DNA from: a virus
Lineage: Duplodnaviria; Caudoviricetes
DNA: 59,621 nucleotides
Reading direction: 5' to 3' (one strand)
IMG/VR virus record: IMGVR_UViG_3300049926_000063
Location: 1-59,621 of that record
Below are positions 17,743-27,082 of this stretch, piece by piece. The stretch's first letter is position 1; every line of letters starts with the position of its first letter. The notes under the pieces were generated by a model, which worked only from the letters and a program-made list of their open reading frames with translations, was not told the DNA's origin and made no database searches. A program made the translations under genes and the position numbers.

Positions 17743-18275
17743 GACACGCCCTCCAGCAACGCCACGGCTTCCCGGCACTTGAGAGCCAGCATCCGCTCAC
17801 GGCCCGTACCCTGATCCTCGTAAGCGAGGTTTGCAAGGTAGCTGCCCGCGTCTCGCAGGGTTTCGGCGATGATGGCGCGATGGGTATGGGGCATCGATGG
17901 CAACTCATCAGCGAGCACCTGGCTGGCTCGTCGCAACGGCACCCGCTGGAGCCGCACGGCGTTCGACTTCCGGAGCCACTCCTCCAGATCCAACAACGCA
18001 TTGCCGGGTGAACGCCTCGGCGCCGTCTGGTGAATCACGGTCATCGTGCCCGGCAATCGAATCACATAGACGAACTGGCTCGCCGGCCCGTCCGCCATCA
18101 CGATGGCCTGCACTCGCAAATCGGCTTCTACGCTCAGCGGCACGGGGCAGCAGATGCACGGGCCGGGGCAGCGCGAGCGAGCCGGCGTGGGCTTCGCCCT
18201 TACCGTCGCCGCCACGGGTATCACTTCGGTGTCGGGTAGTTCGGTGGTCACGATGTGGCACTCGGGGGGTGTCAT
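17739..18275 (-). CDS. Hypothetical protein
   Basis: Overlap-coupled at both ends. Confidence 0.5.
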   Translation of the reverse strand: MTPPECHIVTTELPDTEVIPVAATVRAKPTPARSRCPGPCICCPVPLSVEADLRVQAIVMADGPASQFVYVIRLPGTMTVIHQTAPRRSPGNALLDLEEWLRKSNAVRLQRVPLRRASQVLADELPSMPHTHRAIIAETLRDAGSYLANLAYEDQGTGRERMLALKCREAVALLEGVS

Positions 18276-18832
18276 GGGGCGTCCGCCTTTATGGGGTTAA
18301 TGCACTTCGCGGTAGGCTCGGATGAACTCGGCTGCGAGCTCGGGAACGATTGCATTGCCGTAACACTGCACCTGTGAATTGCCGGGGAAAACCCCATGAA
18401 CCACGCGGCCCATTCCGGGTTCAGACGCCCATCTGTCGCGCCATCCAACTTCGCAACCGTCATAAGCAGCGGGTCGCTCCCCATTGAATCGGGCATCCGA
18501 CGATTGCCTTTCACAGTTCTCGCGTCCCTCTTGAGCAGAGTCGGCAACCCACCAAATCCGCTGTCGAATGTGTCTCGCGCCGACGCTACAAGCTGGGAGT
18601 ACCGCCTGCCCGCAGGCGTAGCCTTCTCTTTCCAGGTCATCGAAAACCAAGTCGAGCCATCCGTGGGCAATCGCCCTTTCAACTTGCTCGCCAAAAATGC
18701 ACTCAGGGCGGCACTCGCGGATGAGCCGGAACATATGGGGCCACAGATGTCGGTCGTCGGCGAATCCTTCGTTTCTTCCGGATGCTGAGAATGGCTGGCA
18801 TGGACAGCTTCCGGTCCAGACTGGCCGCTCAT
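18272..18832 (-). CDS. Alternative-frame beta-type chain of the C5 methyltransferase (start uncertain)
   Basis: Nested same-strand ORF carrying motif IX-like GRLNPEWAAWFMGF, which is absent from the main frame; its stop overlaps the next ATG. Confidence 0.65.
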   Translation of the reverse strand: MSGQSGPEAVHASHSQHPEETKDSPTTDICGPICSGSSASAALSAFLASKLKGRLPTDGSTWFSMTWKEKATPAGRRYSQLVASARDTFDSGFGGLPTLLKRDARTVKGNRRMPDSMGSDPLLMTVAKLDGATDGRLNPEWAAWFMGFSPAIHRCSVTAMQSFPSSQPSSSEPTAKCINPIKADAP

Positions 18833-19034
18833 CACTCCATCCAGCCATTCGAAGAGCGAGAGGCCACCCGCCGATGCCCGCGAAGAGATGCACTTGCGTG
18901 AACCCCTTGAGGTCGTCGGCCTGGATGTCTGCAATGCTGCGTTCATCGACTATGCCTTGAGGAATCAAACCTTCCGCCATCAGTTCCCGCAGCCACGCCG
19001 CCGCCTTCGGGTCAATTTCGTTGAACAGGTGCAT
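18297..19034 (-). CDS. C5 cytosine DNA methyltransferase, alpha-type chain
   Basis: LFAGIGG, GSCPCQPFS, GEQV, HIRQRIW, YGNAIVP. Confidence 0.9.
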   Translation of the reverse strand: MHLFNEIDPKAAAWLRELMAEGLIPQGIVDERSIADIQADDLKGFTQVHLFAGIGGWPLALRMAGWSDERPVWTGSCPCQPFSASGRNEGFADDRHLWPHMFRLIRECRPECIFGEQVERAIAHGWLDLVFDDLEREGYACGQAVLPACSVGARHIRQRIWWVADSAQEGRENCERQSSDARFNGERPAAYDGCEVGWRDRWASEPGMGRVVHGVFPGNSQVQCYGNAIVPELAAEFIRAYREVH

Positions 19035-19440
19035 CGCATTCCATCGCTGTGACTCGGCTCGTCGCCGTCTTCCGTCTCTCCACCGCATGGACCCGGCACA
19101 GCCATTGCCGCCGATAGCCACATTCCGAAGGGGCGTACCCCGGCACGATCGCGTCCGGGATGAAGTCGCCGTACTCGGCTGGCGAACCGCATAATTCACA
19201 GGATTTGGGGGTGTCGTTCATGCCACCTTGCCTCGCTTCCCGATCAACTCGTTCCGCATCACCTGCACATCACGACACCCGTCGAATCCCAACTTTGCTC
19301 GACCGTGCCCCACATCAACCACCGTCACGACGAATCTGAGACCGCCCTCGGGGACGACGTAGCCCAGCGGGGAGCGTCAGCGTTGTCCGTTCGCCGCGTC
19401 GCCTGGTGATCGTCAACATGGTCAGTTCCATCCGTGGTTG

Positions 19441-19722
19441 TCAGATTCCGTGCCCGGCCCAGAGATTGCCTTCCTGCTCCAGTTCGAACTCGACCGCCTG
19501 ACGACGCATCAGCAGCCATTTGATCTTCTTTTCAAGCCACGCAATCTGATATTCGACAACTTGAAGCAGCCGATCCCTAGCGGACTTCATCTCCGCGTCA
19601 ATCGAGTAGCATTCGACATCCTTTGGGTAATCGAGCGAAACCGGCTCCATCACTTCCTCCAGGGCATCACCCACTCTCGCACCCACTCCCACAGCGTCCT
19701 TCTTCCCGCGTTCTCCAGGCAA
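19441..19722 (-). CDS. Hypothetical coiled-coil protein
   Basis: ORF track. Confidence 0.4.
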   Translation of the reverse strand: MPGERGKKDAVGVGARVGDALEEVMEPVSLDYPKDVECYSIDAEMKSARDRLLQVVEYQIAWLEKKIKWLLMRRQAVEFELEQEGNLWAGHGI

Positions 19723-19820
19723 TCGAGGGCGTCTTCGAGGTCACGGAGCGTCATGGCGGCGACCCTCACGCCTGTATCCGACCCACTCTAATTCCGTCCG
19801 GAACCTCTTCAAGCGCCGTT

Positions 19821-20129
19821 TCACGTCTTCGGACGTTTGGGCTCCCGTGGGCTCCCGTGGGCTCCCGTGGGCGCGAGATTTTCTTCTTCGGGTTCCATTT
19901 CGGAGACATCTCCGACCACTAAACGCCCCTTCAACTCGACCGACAGCTTCCACCAAACCACGTCCGACCACGGCCAGAGGCGTATCCGGTCGGTGATCTT
20001 GCACGCCCGCGGGAACTCACCGGCCGCAATCAGTCTGTTCAACGTGCCGCGCGATAGACCCGTTTCTCGCACCACGTCGGCGAGTTCCAACCATCCACGC
20101 TCCGGTCCATCTATCGTCCGTGACGCCAT
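19821..20129 (-). CDS. AlpA-family regulator/excisionase
   Basis: LELADVVRETGLSRGTLNRLIAAGEFPR......RLWPWSDV..W. Confidence 0.85.
   Translation of the reverse strand: MASRTIDGPERGWLELADVVRETGLSRGTLNRLIAAGEFPRACKITDRIRLWPWSDVVWWKLSVELKGRLVVGDVSEMEPEEENLAPTGAHGSPREPKRPKT
19838..19872. repeat. (GGGCTCCCGT)3 tandem repeat at the AlpA 3' end
   Basis: Direct reading. Confidence 0.85.
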
Positions 20130-20174
20130 GACCTGACCCTTCGGCCGCCTGCCGCGAATGCGAAGATCCCGCCG

Positions 20175-20639
20175 TTACGAGTCGCCCTCTGGTTCAATCT
20201 TCACTGGCACCAACTTGGCGATCATCTTCTCGCGGTCCTTGTCCAACTTGTCGATCTCGCGATTGATCGCCAGAATGTCCGCAATCACAGCATCGTTCTT
20301 TGCGTTCTTCGAATAGACCGTGGAACCATCGACAACTTGGATTCCCTCATCTGTTTTGACGCGCAGGCGATCCCACCGACGGTAAGATGCAGTTGGCTCT
20401 ACAATCGAAGAAACCGTAACCGTTTTGAAATCCATGTGACGAAAGCCACCCGAATACCAAGCCTCGAACCGCTCAAACGGTTTTCCCTTCTTCGGAGTCG
20501 GCTTGTCGATTGCTTCCTTCGCTGCCGTCAACGACTTCGCCGTCCGCTCTCGACCGCGAAGAGTGAAGTGCCAGTCGTCGCTGTGCTCGTGGTAAACGAT
20601 CTCGATTTCATGGTGCGTTATTGAAGGTGCATCGGTCAT
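20175..20639 (-). CDS. Hypothetical protein
   Basis: gagga RBS; 154 aa. Confidence 0.6.
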   Translation of the reverse strand: MTDAPSITHHEIEIVYHEHSDDWHFTLRGRERTAKSLTAAKEAIDKPTPKKGKPFERFEAWYSGGFRHMDFKTVTVSSIVEPTASYRRWDRLRVKTDEGIQVVDGSTVYSKNAKNDAVIADILAINREIDKLDKDREKMIAKLVPVKIEPEGDS

Positions 20640-21223
20640 CGATCGAATCCTCTGAGAGTGATTTGGTTACGAACGGGCGAACACCGTCTTCAACGGCGGA
20701 AGCGGCCTTCCGAGGTCCACGAGAGACGCCATCCAACGCAATTCCGCCCAGTCCGCCTCATCGTCGCTGCCCCACGGAGAATCGGTGGAATCGAGCGGCC
20801 GCTCCTCGTCGTCCGGGAAAAGCTCGTCGGATAGATGCCGGGCCATGTGAGGGGATCCATGAGAGGGTGGAAGGGGTAGTGGTCACTTCGGGCGGTTTCC
20901 GGGTGTATGGATGGCTTCCGCGATGCCCAGACTTCGCCACGATGCTTGCAGCCCACCGAACACTTCCTGCATCGTGTGAGCATCACGAGGCGTCCGGATC
21001 AAACCACCCTCAAAAGCCTGGCATTGCTGCACAAGACTAGGCACGCCACCCATGCCAAGATCATGCGGGCCGTGGCCGAACGTAACGGTGCCGCATCGAG
21101 GGCACCAGAAGATGCCATAATCGCTGCCAGTATCGAACGATTGCGTCTCGTGATCGCATGTCGGGCAAGACATTTGGAAACTCCTCGTGGTGAAGGTGAA
21201 AATCTGCTCCCGTTGTGGCTCGC

Positions 21224-21577
21224 TCATGCCGTGGTCGCCGCACGGATGGCAAGCTCTGCTTGGGCGACCGCCGCATCCCAAACCATCTCCGCGTGATCGC
21301 TGCCGCCCCCACCGCACTCGATGAGCCGCTTGCACGCATCGAGCAGATCAGGAGCGGCCGCGAATAACTGTCCATTCGCAAGTTGCATCTCATCCCATTC
21401 CTTAGTCGGGAACTGAACCCATCTCGCCGCCCAAAGCATCACCTTGACCGGCTCTTGCAAGCCCCAAGGATTCGAGGTGTTCTCAAGGCGAAAACCCTCT
21501 GGAAGCGTCCCGAACAACTCCAAGCCAGCGCCGGGAGAATCTCGGCATTCCAGCGGTGCTGGTGTGTGCTTGCTCAT
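21224..21577 (-). CDS. Phage protein with MSKHTP...NxxLxAAAPDLL motif
   Basis: Common early-gene motif. Confidence 0.7.
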   Translation of the reverse strand: MSKHTPAPLECRDSPGAGLELFGTLPEGFRLENTSNPWGLQEPVKVMLWAARWVQFPTKEWDEMQLANGQLFAAAPDLLDACKRLIECGGGGSDHAEMVWDAAVAQAELAIRAATTA

Positions 21578-21610
21578 CGCCCCGCCCCCCGTGTTTCGTG
21601 TTGGTGAGAA

Positions 21611-21820
21611 TCAGCCAACGGTTTCGGCATCTGCGAGCATGGCATCCGCCACACAAAACGCCCACTCAACGACCTTGGACGGAGCCGGAATAATGGCACT
21701 GTCTCCAATGGAAAACCGCATGGCGGATAGTGCTTGACCCGCCAGCCACATTCGCAGCGTCATCCCGTCGTACTGCTCAGCACTTCGCGGGAAGGCTTGG
21801 CCTGATTTGTCGGTGGTCAT
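21611..21820 (-). CDS. Phage protein with AFP...GMTLR.W.AGQAL...ADAML motif
   Basis: Common early-gene motif. Confidence 0.75.
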   Translation of the reverse strand: MTTDKSGQAFPRSAEQYDGMTLRMWLAGQALSAMRFSIGDSAIIPAPSKVVEWAFCVADAMLADAETVG

Positions 21821-21858
21821 GGGGGCTCCAGTTCAGTACCCGAGCAAGAGGGTAATTG

Positions 21859-22350
21859 TTATTTGGTGAGGGATGCGCGAACTGTGTTGTTTCTCTGTTT
21901 CCGCACCGGATTGGTCAGAATGTCATCGATCTTCCATCCGAGTTTCAATCGGCCACGAATAGTTGAGCGACTCAAGCCTGTCGCTTCACACCACTGGACA
22001 AGGCTTTTTTCTTCACCTTTGAAGACGATTACCCTGTTGCGGCGAGTGTTGTTTGCCTGCTCTTTCCGCGTGGCCCACCGTACATTCCCAGGTTCGTAAT
22101 CGCCGTTGTTGTTCGGATAGCGATCAAGGCTGTGGGCAGGCGATGGCTTTGGCCCAACGTCATGCAGCCAGTTCGCGAACCCATCCTTCCCCAGCCATCT
22201 GGCACAAACCTTCACACCCCTGCCTCCATACAGGTGCCACCCGGCCGCTGTGCTGCAACAGCACCTGTATTTCATGCCAACGTAGCATCGGTACTCAGAG
22301 GTCCATCCAGTTCGCAGAGCATGGCCGTGTTTCGTGAGGTAATTCGCCAT
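21859..22350 (-). CDS. HNH homing-endonuclease-like protein
   Basis: YGGRGVKVCARW...SLDRYPNNNGDYEPGNVRWATRKEQANN. Confidence 0.88.
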   Translation of the reverse strand: MANYLTKHGHALRTGWTSEYRCYVGMKYRCCCSTAAGWHLYGGRGVKVCARWLGKDGFANWLHDVGPKPSPAHSLDRYPNNNGDYEPGNVRWATRKEQANNTRRNRVIVFKGEEKSLVQWCEATGLSRSTIRGRLKLGWKIDDILTNPVRKQRNNTVRASLTK

Positions 22351-22790
22351 CGAAAACGAAGCTCGGAAAGTAGGTTCGGGAGAAACACGAAATACCAAAC
22401 GCGAAGGCTCATTCGGGGGCATCCTTGCGAGGGTCACGAGCGAATCGGATCATCATTCCAGTTGCGGTATTCGGGATTCTCTTCGAGGAACTTCTCAAGA
22501 GCAGCGAAGGCCTTCGCTGCCGTCTTGAATGTCTTGCAACCGTGGTCCATCCCCTTCGGCATCGGAGGAAGTTCGATCACTCGCGGCTTTCCAACCGGCG
22601 GGTAGAGCAGGACAGCAAACACTGTGCTTTGCGTCATGGCTCGGGGCTCCAGGACAAGAAGATCGCCCAGAACACCAGCCCGCAACCGAGCGACCAGATG
22701 AGGCCGACCACCACATCACCGATCCGTTGCGTCTTCTCGGTCATGGCTGAGGCTCCGTTGCGGGTGGCGTCGTCTTGTCTCAACACGAGT

Positions 22791-22819
22791 ATCCTACTCC
22801 ACTGGTAAATACGTGTCAA
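22791..22819 (-). promoter_or_regulatory. Leftward early promoter
   Basis: TTGACA-17bp-TAGGAT on the minus strand. Confidence 0.7.
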
Positions 22820-22824
22820 GACTC

Positions 22825-22894
22825 TTGTAGAAAGATTTTCTACGGGTATACTACTTGGGTAGCCATTTGTAGACCAATCGCCTTTGTGTATGCT
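22825..22894 (+). promoter_or_regulatory. Rightward promoters with operator palindrome
   Basis: TTGTAG-16-TATACT and TTGTAG-16-TATGCT; GTAGAAA-gat-TTTCTAC palindrome. Confidence 0.5.
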
Positions 22895-22928
22895 GAATGC
22901 CGACAAAGCGGGGCTTATCATGACGGTT

Positions 22929-23189
22929 ATGGCAAAAGAAAAACCCGTGACGAAGCCGGTCGCACCTACGCCGGCCACCGAAGAAACTGCCGAAAAGTCC
23001 GGCCGCTCCGGACAACCCGTCAACATCTACGTGGACGATGACATCCGCGCCGCCGTGGACGCCTACATTCGGGACCACAACGGCAAGCACGACCACAAAG
23101 CCACGCTTCGGAGTACCATCGAGGCGTCGATTCGTCTGTATTTGAAGGCTCATGGCTTCTGGCCGTGGCCGAAGAACGGCCACAAGTGA
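22929..23189 (+). CDS. RHH repressor candidate
   Basis: PVNIYVDDDIRAAVDAY...LRSTIEASIRLYL; first gene of the divergent unit. Confidence 0.7.
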   Translation: MAKEKPVTKPVAPTPATEETAEKSGRSGQPVNIYVDDDIRAAVDAYIRDHNGKHDHKATLRSTIEASIRLYLKAHGFWPWPKNGHK

Positions 23190-23276
23190 TGTCGTTCTGT
23201 ACACCTTCCACTTTACCGCGTGTCTCGCCCCAAGGAATCGAAGTATTGGGTGTGATGTGCGGAAGAAGGGGCCAAC

Positions 23277-23513
23277 ATGAGCGAGCCACGGCCGGACCGA
23301 TGTGAGACGTGTCGTTTCTGGGATTTGCGAATCGGCGATTCGGACGAAGGGGCCGGAGTCTGTCGGCGTCATGCGCCTGTAGCGGCCACGCCTGCGGTGA
23401 ATGTTTCGCAGAAAGTTGAAGATCAAACTGCTTCGTTCCCCTCGTGGCCGTTAACGCTCAACGACGAATGGTGTGGCGAGTGGCAAGTGAAACCATCACA
23501 AGGGAGCCAGTGA
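23277..23513 (+). CDS. Small four-Cys protein (CxxCxFW...GxCRRxxP...WP...WCGE)
   Basis: Motif pattern; similar to 51090-51338. Confidence 0.7.
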   Translation: MSEPRPDRCETCRFWDLRIGDSDEGAGVCRRHAPVAATPAVNVSQKVEDQTASFPSWPLTLNDEWCGEWQVKPSQGSQ

Positions 23514-23515
23514 CC

Positions 23516-23725
23516 ATGCCTGACTACGACGACGAGCCGGCCATCAAGGACTTCCCCAAGATGGACCGCGATGACCTGGAGACATACGCCCGGCAGTTGG
23601 CCGAGCGGATTCTCGCGACAGAACGGGCAACCGTCGTCACTTCAGCGCCGAATTGGTCATCCGCCCTTTCGGACGCCATTCTGCTGGCCCACTGCGTGAA
23701 GGTGCTGGTGGAGGGCGATCCGTGA
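23516..23725 (+). CDS. Hypothetical protein
   Basis: Operon-coupled. Confidence 0.5.
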   Translation: MPDYDDEPAIKDFPKMDRDDLETYARQLAERILATERATVVTSAPNWSSALSDAILLAHCVKVLVEGDP

Positions 23726-23943
23726 GCGCTTGTCGAGACTGCGATAGGCTCCAAGCAAAGTTGGAGCAATCGAATGTGGACGCCGAACAGTACAGCAACG
23801 AGATGGCGGCGAAAGTACGGCGATTACGATCAGTTCTTGAGACGGTGCAACTTCGCTGCGGCTACATCATCGGAGCATGTCGCGGCGAAGAGGAAATGAG
23901 ACTCGAAGCTAAAGCGATTTTGGCACTCCTCACCGAATCGTGA
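23722..23943 (+). CDS. Hypothetical coiled-coil protein
   Basis: GTGA overlap. Confidence 0.5.
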   Translation: MSACRDCDRLQAKLEQSNVDAEQYSNEMAAKVRRLRSVLETVQLRCGYIIGACRGEEEMRLEAKAILALLTES

Positions 23944-24382
23944 GCGAATACCCCTCCGGGCCATTGTGAACCGGGTCATCGAGGTCCGTGAACAGTTCCC
24001 GGAGGGTGCGACGCAAGTCGCCAATCGTCCATCTCACGGTCCCATCTTCGGCCTCGTAATCGTGCCAAGCCGCCTTGAGTTGCAGGATGGTGAGAGGAAC
24101 CGGGGATGCGGCGAGCACTTTCAGAACGTCGAGCTTGCGGCCGTGAATCGGAACCACGGTGCCATCGAAGCGGGGCGTGGGGCGGGAGAAGTCCCAGCCA
24201 GGGATGGCGGCAGCCTCCGGATCAGTCACGGGCTCGGCTCGCTCCTCGGGCAGCGGCAGGGTGACGATCTTCCCCGTGGGGCCGTGGATCGTCAGATGGG
24301 TGATGAGGGTGCTGGGGGCGATGTGGCGAGCAAAATTTCGTGCGGCTTCTTGCAGGGCGTGGGCAGTGTCGATGGTCGTCAT
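23930..24382 (-). CDS. Protein with C-terminal OmpR-like winged helix
   Basis: LDVLKVLA...TVRWTIGDLRRTL...GYSL. Confidence 0.65.
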   Translation of the reverse strand: MTTIDTAHALQEAARNFARHIAPSTLITHLTIHGPTGKIVTLPLPEERAEPVTDPEAAAIPGWDFSRPTPRFDGTVVPIHGRKLDVLKVLAASPVPLTILQLKAAWHDYEAEDGTVRWTIGDLRRTLRELFTDLDDPVHNGPEGYSLTIR

Positions 24383-24552
24383 GGTGAGGCTCCGGTTGTC
24401 GGGCATCCGAGCCGCGTGGTGAATGGCAATGAGTTTGACGTGCGGTAGGGCGGTTGCGAATGTGCGTGAGCGAGATACTGTACAGGCAGTTCCATGACGG
24501 GCGGCAACGGGTAGTTTGGCTGAGCTCGGATGGCTAATAATGGGGGTGAAGA

Positions 24553-24849
24553 ATGAAGCCGCTGCCAATCGAAATCAACCTGCATCGAATAGAGACAGTC
24601 AGCGCCGAAACGGCCTATGAGGTCTATTTCGATGGGCAGTTGATTGGATACGTTTGGTCGCGACGAGTGCATAGTTATCGCGGTACAGAAGGTTGGAATC
24701 GCGGCCTTCGAATCGAAGACTTCAGCCCGATCCAATGGAGGTACAGCGCAACCGATGCCCCAGGGTATCGGATGGGGTCGTTGTGCTTGTCCCGGCGAAG
24801 TGGTGTGGATCGCCTGATCGAGCTTCACCGGGCTCCGAATCCGGCTTGA
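24553..24849 (+). CDS. Hypothetical protein
   Basis: ORF with gggggtg RBS. Confidence 0.5.
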   Translation: MKPLPIEINLHRIETVSAETAYEVYFDGQLIGYVWSRRVHSYRGTEGWNRGLRIEDFSPIQWRYSATDAPGYRMGSLCLSRRSGVDRLIELHRAPNPA

Positions 24850-24860
24850 CGGCCCCGCCC

Positions 24861-25060
24861 GTGCCGTGGCACAACACCCTCCGTCCTAAGTCCGTTGTGG
24901 GCCACGGAGATAGTTTCGGTGCATGGGTACTGGTATGAACCATACCCCATCGCCAGTGATAGAAGGAACTATCACATTTCTCCGTGGATTCTTCGGTTCC
25001 CAACACAGGTGACTGAACAAACAATCACCTACGTTGGCACAACGGGCACAACTTTGGCAC
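24861..25060. other. Putative attP region
   Basis: Non-coding gap before int; GGCACAAC direct repeats at 24868, 25036, 25045 (plus GGCAC at 25056) resemble arm-type sites; several internal palindromes. Confidence 0.55.
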
Positions 25061-25072
25061 GGAGGCCAAAAC

Positions 25073-26116
25073 ATGCTCGTTCGCGCCTGGTTCCGATCCT
25101 CTCGCAAACGGTGGTATGTGACGCACGACAACCGGCAACATCCTCTCAATGTGACCGATCCGAATGACCAAACAGGTGCCGACCTCGCGGCCAAAGCCCT
25201 GATCGACAAGCTGACCGGAATTGTTGCGGCACTGGCTCCGCAATCGTCTGGTCCAACAGTCTCCGAAGCAGTTGTTTCATTTCTGCTCGCGGCCCAGAAG
25301 CGTGTCGCCAGCGATCGATTGTTACACGAGACGATGGAATCCTACCGTCGGTGCCTTGGTGCGCTCACGGATGTCTTCGGTCATCGCGCCATCGTTTCGC
25401 TCACTCCTGACGAAATCGAGGAATGGGCTGGCTCGCGCGGCTGGTCGTCATCGACGCAGCACCACCACCTTGCGACCGTCCAGCGGCTGCTCGCCGGGGC
25501 GGGGATAAAACTGAAGATCCATCTGCCGCCGATGGAGAGCCGGGGAGCTGATACGGCTCTCACCGACGAGCAGTTCGCCGAGGCGCTCACGGCACTTCGC
25601 CGCCACGAGTGGGTGAAAGCGGACTTGCCGGAACTGCTCAAGGTGCTGCGGGAGTCCGGGGCACGACCCCAGGAGGTCGCCAGGCTCAAGGCGGAATCTC
25701 TGGACTGGGCGAATTCGCTCGCTCGCCTCAAGCAGCACAAGACGGCGAGGCATGGGGCGGACCGGATCATCCACTTCAACAAAGCGGCGATGGCGATCCT
25801 GGAAGGGCAGCGAATCAAGCACGGGGCCGGGTATCTCTTTCGCACGCGGGCTGGCAATCCGTACTGCGCGAACGTGATTGTGAGGCGACTCGTGGACGTG
25901 AGCGAACGACTTGGTTTTCGCGTGATCGCCTACGGGCTCGGGCGGCATTCATTCGCGACTCGCGCCCTGGAAGCGGGTATCCCAGACACGACCGTGGCGG
26001 CGTTGCTCGGGCAGAAGGGGACGGCCATGTTGCACAAGCACTATTCGCATGTGGGACAGAACGCGAGACTCTTGAAAGATGCCGCTGAGAAGGCGAGCAC
26101 CCAGAAGGCCGGGTGA
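25073..26116 (+). CDS. int: Tyrosine integrase
   Basis: SGARPQE (R), HKT (K), YGLGRHSFAT, LLGQ, KHYSH (Y); GGAGG RBS. Confidence 0.93.
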   Translation: MLVRAWFRSSRKRWYVTHDNRQHPLNVTDPNDQTGADLAAKALIDKLTGIVAALAPQSSGPTVSEAVVSFLLAAQKRVASDRLLHETMESYRRCLGALTDVFGHRAIVSLTPDEIEEWAGSRGWSSSTQHHHLATVQRLLAGAGIKLKIHLPPMESRGADTALTDEQFAEALTALRRHEWVKADLPELLKVLRESGARPQEVARLKAESLDWANSLARLKQHKTARHGADRIIHFNKAAMAILEGQRIKHGAGYLFRTRAGNPYCANVIVRRLVDVSERLGFRVIAYGLGRHSFATRALEAGIPDTTVAALLGQKGTAMLHKHYSHVGQNARLLKDAAEKASTQKAG

Positions 26117-26242
26117 CGTGGGGCCATGTTCGGCCCTCCCTGATGAGGTCGATAGTGGCACCGCAGACCTTATACATCTTGGCGATACTCTTGGATGTGT
26201 GGCCTTTCGCGCGAAAACTATTCCGGGAAATCCCGAATAAAT

Positions 26243-26284
26243 ACGGTACCGTCTATTGACACAGATTAAGCGGTACCGTAATAT
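26243..26284 (+). promoter_or_regulatory. Strong promoter with two CGGTACCG palindromic operators
   Basis: TTGACA(26256)-17bp-TAATAT(26279); ACGGTACCGT at 26243 and GCGGTACCGT at 26270. Confidence 0.78.
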
Positions 26285-26342
26285 ATAGGCAGTGAAGACA
26301 AGTGCGGGTGACAGCCACCTGCGAACCCCGAACCGGAGAACG

Positions 26343-26672
26343 ATGATGACGACGACCCTCAGCAACCTGACCTGCCCCGCCGGTAAGAGTGGCCTCGCGG
26401 TCGAGCCGTGGTCGAAGGGTGAGATCTACGCCGTGTGCGCGAACTGGGCGCAGGCGTCGGACCCGATCCTCGTGTACGGGCCGGATGGCTGGAGCGGCAA
26501 CGGGCGTCAAGTCGCGGACTACCGCCACCGCACGAAGGACGCTCTCCGGGCCATCATCATCGAGGCTATCGCGGTGAGCGAAGGCATCCCGTCCGACGAC
26601 GTGGACGACGACGAAGTTGATGGAATCGTGGACGACGCGACGGAAATCAGCGACGAAGCCGAATCGGAGTGA
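26343..26672 (+). CDS. Small acidic hypothetical protein
   Basis: ggag RBS; D/E-rich C-terminus. Confidence 0.7.
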   Translation: MMTTTLSNLTCPAGKSGLAVEPWSKGEIYAVCANWAQASDPILVYGPDGWSGNGRQVADYRHRTKDALRAIIIEAIAVSEGIPSDDVDDDEVDGIVDDATEISDEAESE

Positions 26673-26876
26673 ATGATGCGAACCTATCAATACCACACCG
26701 GCGAATGCGAATCCTGCCACGAAGTGCCCGACAACGGCGCTCTGTGGGTGACGACGGCAAGGGTGCTTGACTTCGGCGTGCCGGGCCTGATATTCGAGCC
26801 GAATCCAAGTGAGCCGAAGATGTGCGACGACTGCGAATTGATTGCGAGAAAGAAGGAGACGTGCCGTGCCGAGTAA
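26673..26876 (+). CDS. Small Zn-binding hypothetical protein
   Basis: CESC...CDDC. Confidence 0.55.
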   Translation: MMRTYQYHTGECESCHEVPDNGALWVTTARVLDFGVPGLIFEPNPSEPKMCDDCELIARKKETCRAE

Positions 26877-27075
26877 ACCAGCGAAGAAGAAGCCGGGCCG
26901 GGGCCGACCCCGCACCCGACCCGAGGGCGGCAGCTTTCGCGTGGACGCCTGGGAGCCGGAGCGCGACGCGATCAAGGCGGCGGCGGAGGCGGCTGGCATG
27001 TCGGTGAGCGATTGGGTGAGGCGCGTTGCGCTCAAGGCGGCGGGGTATCGCGGGCCGGCGGCGATCGTTACTTGA
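26866..27075 (+). CDS. RHH regulator with AT-hook-like GRGRP
   Basis: FRVD...ERDAIKAAAEAAGMSVSDWVR; aaggag RBS. Confidence 0.8.
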   Translation: MPSKPAKKKPGRGRPRTRPEGGSFRVDAWEPERDAIKAAAEAAGMSVSDWVRRVALKAAGYRGPAAIVT

Positions 27076-27082
27076 GGACAAC

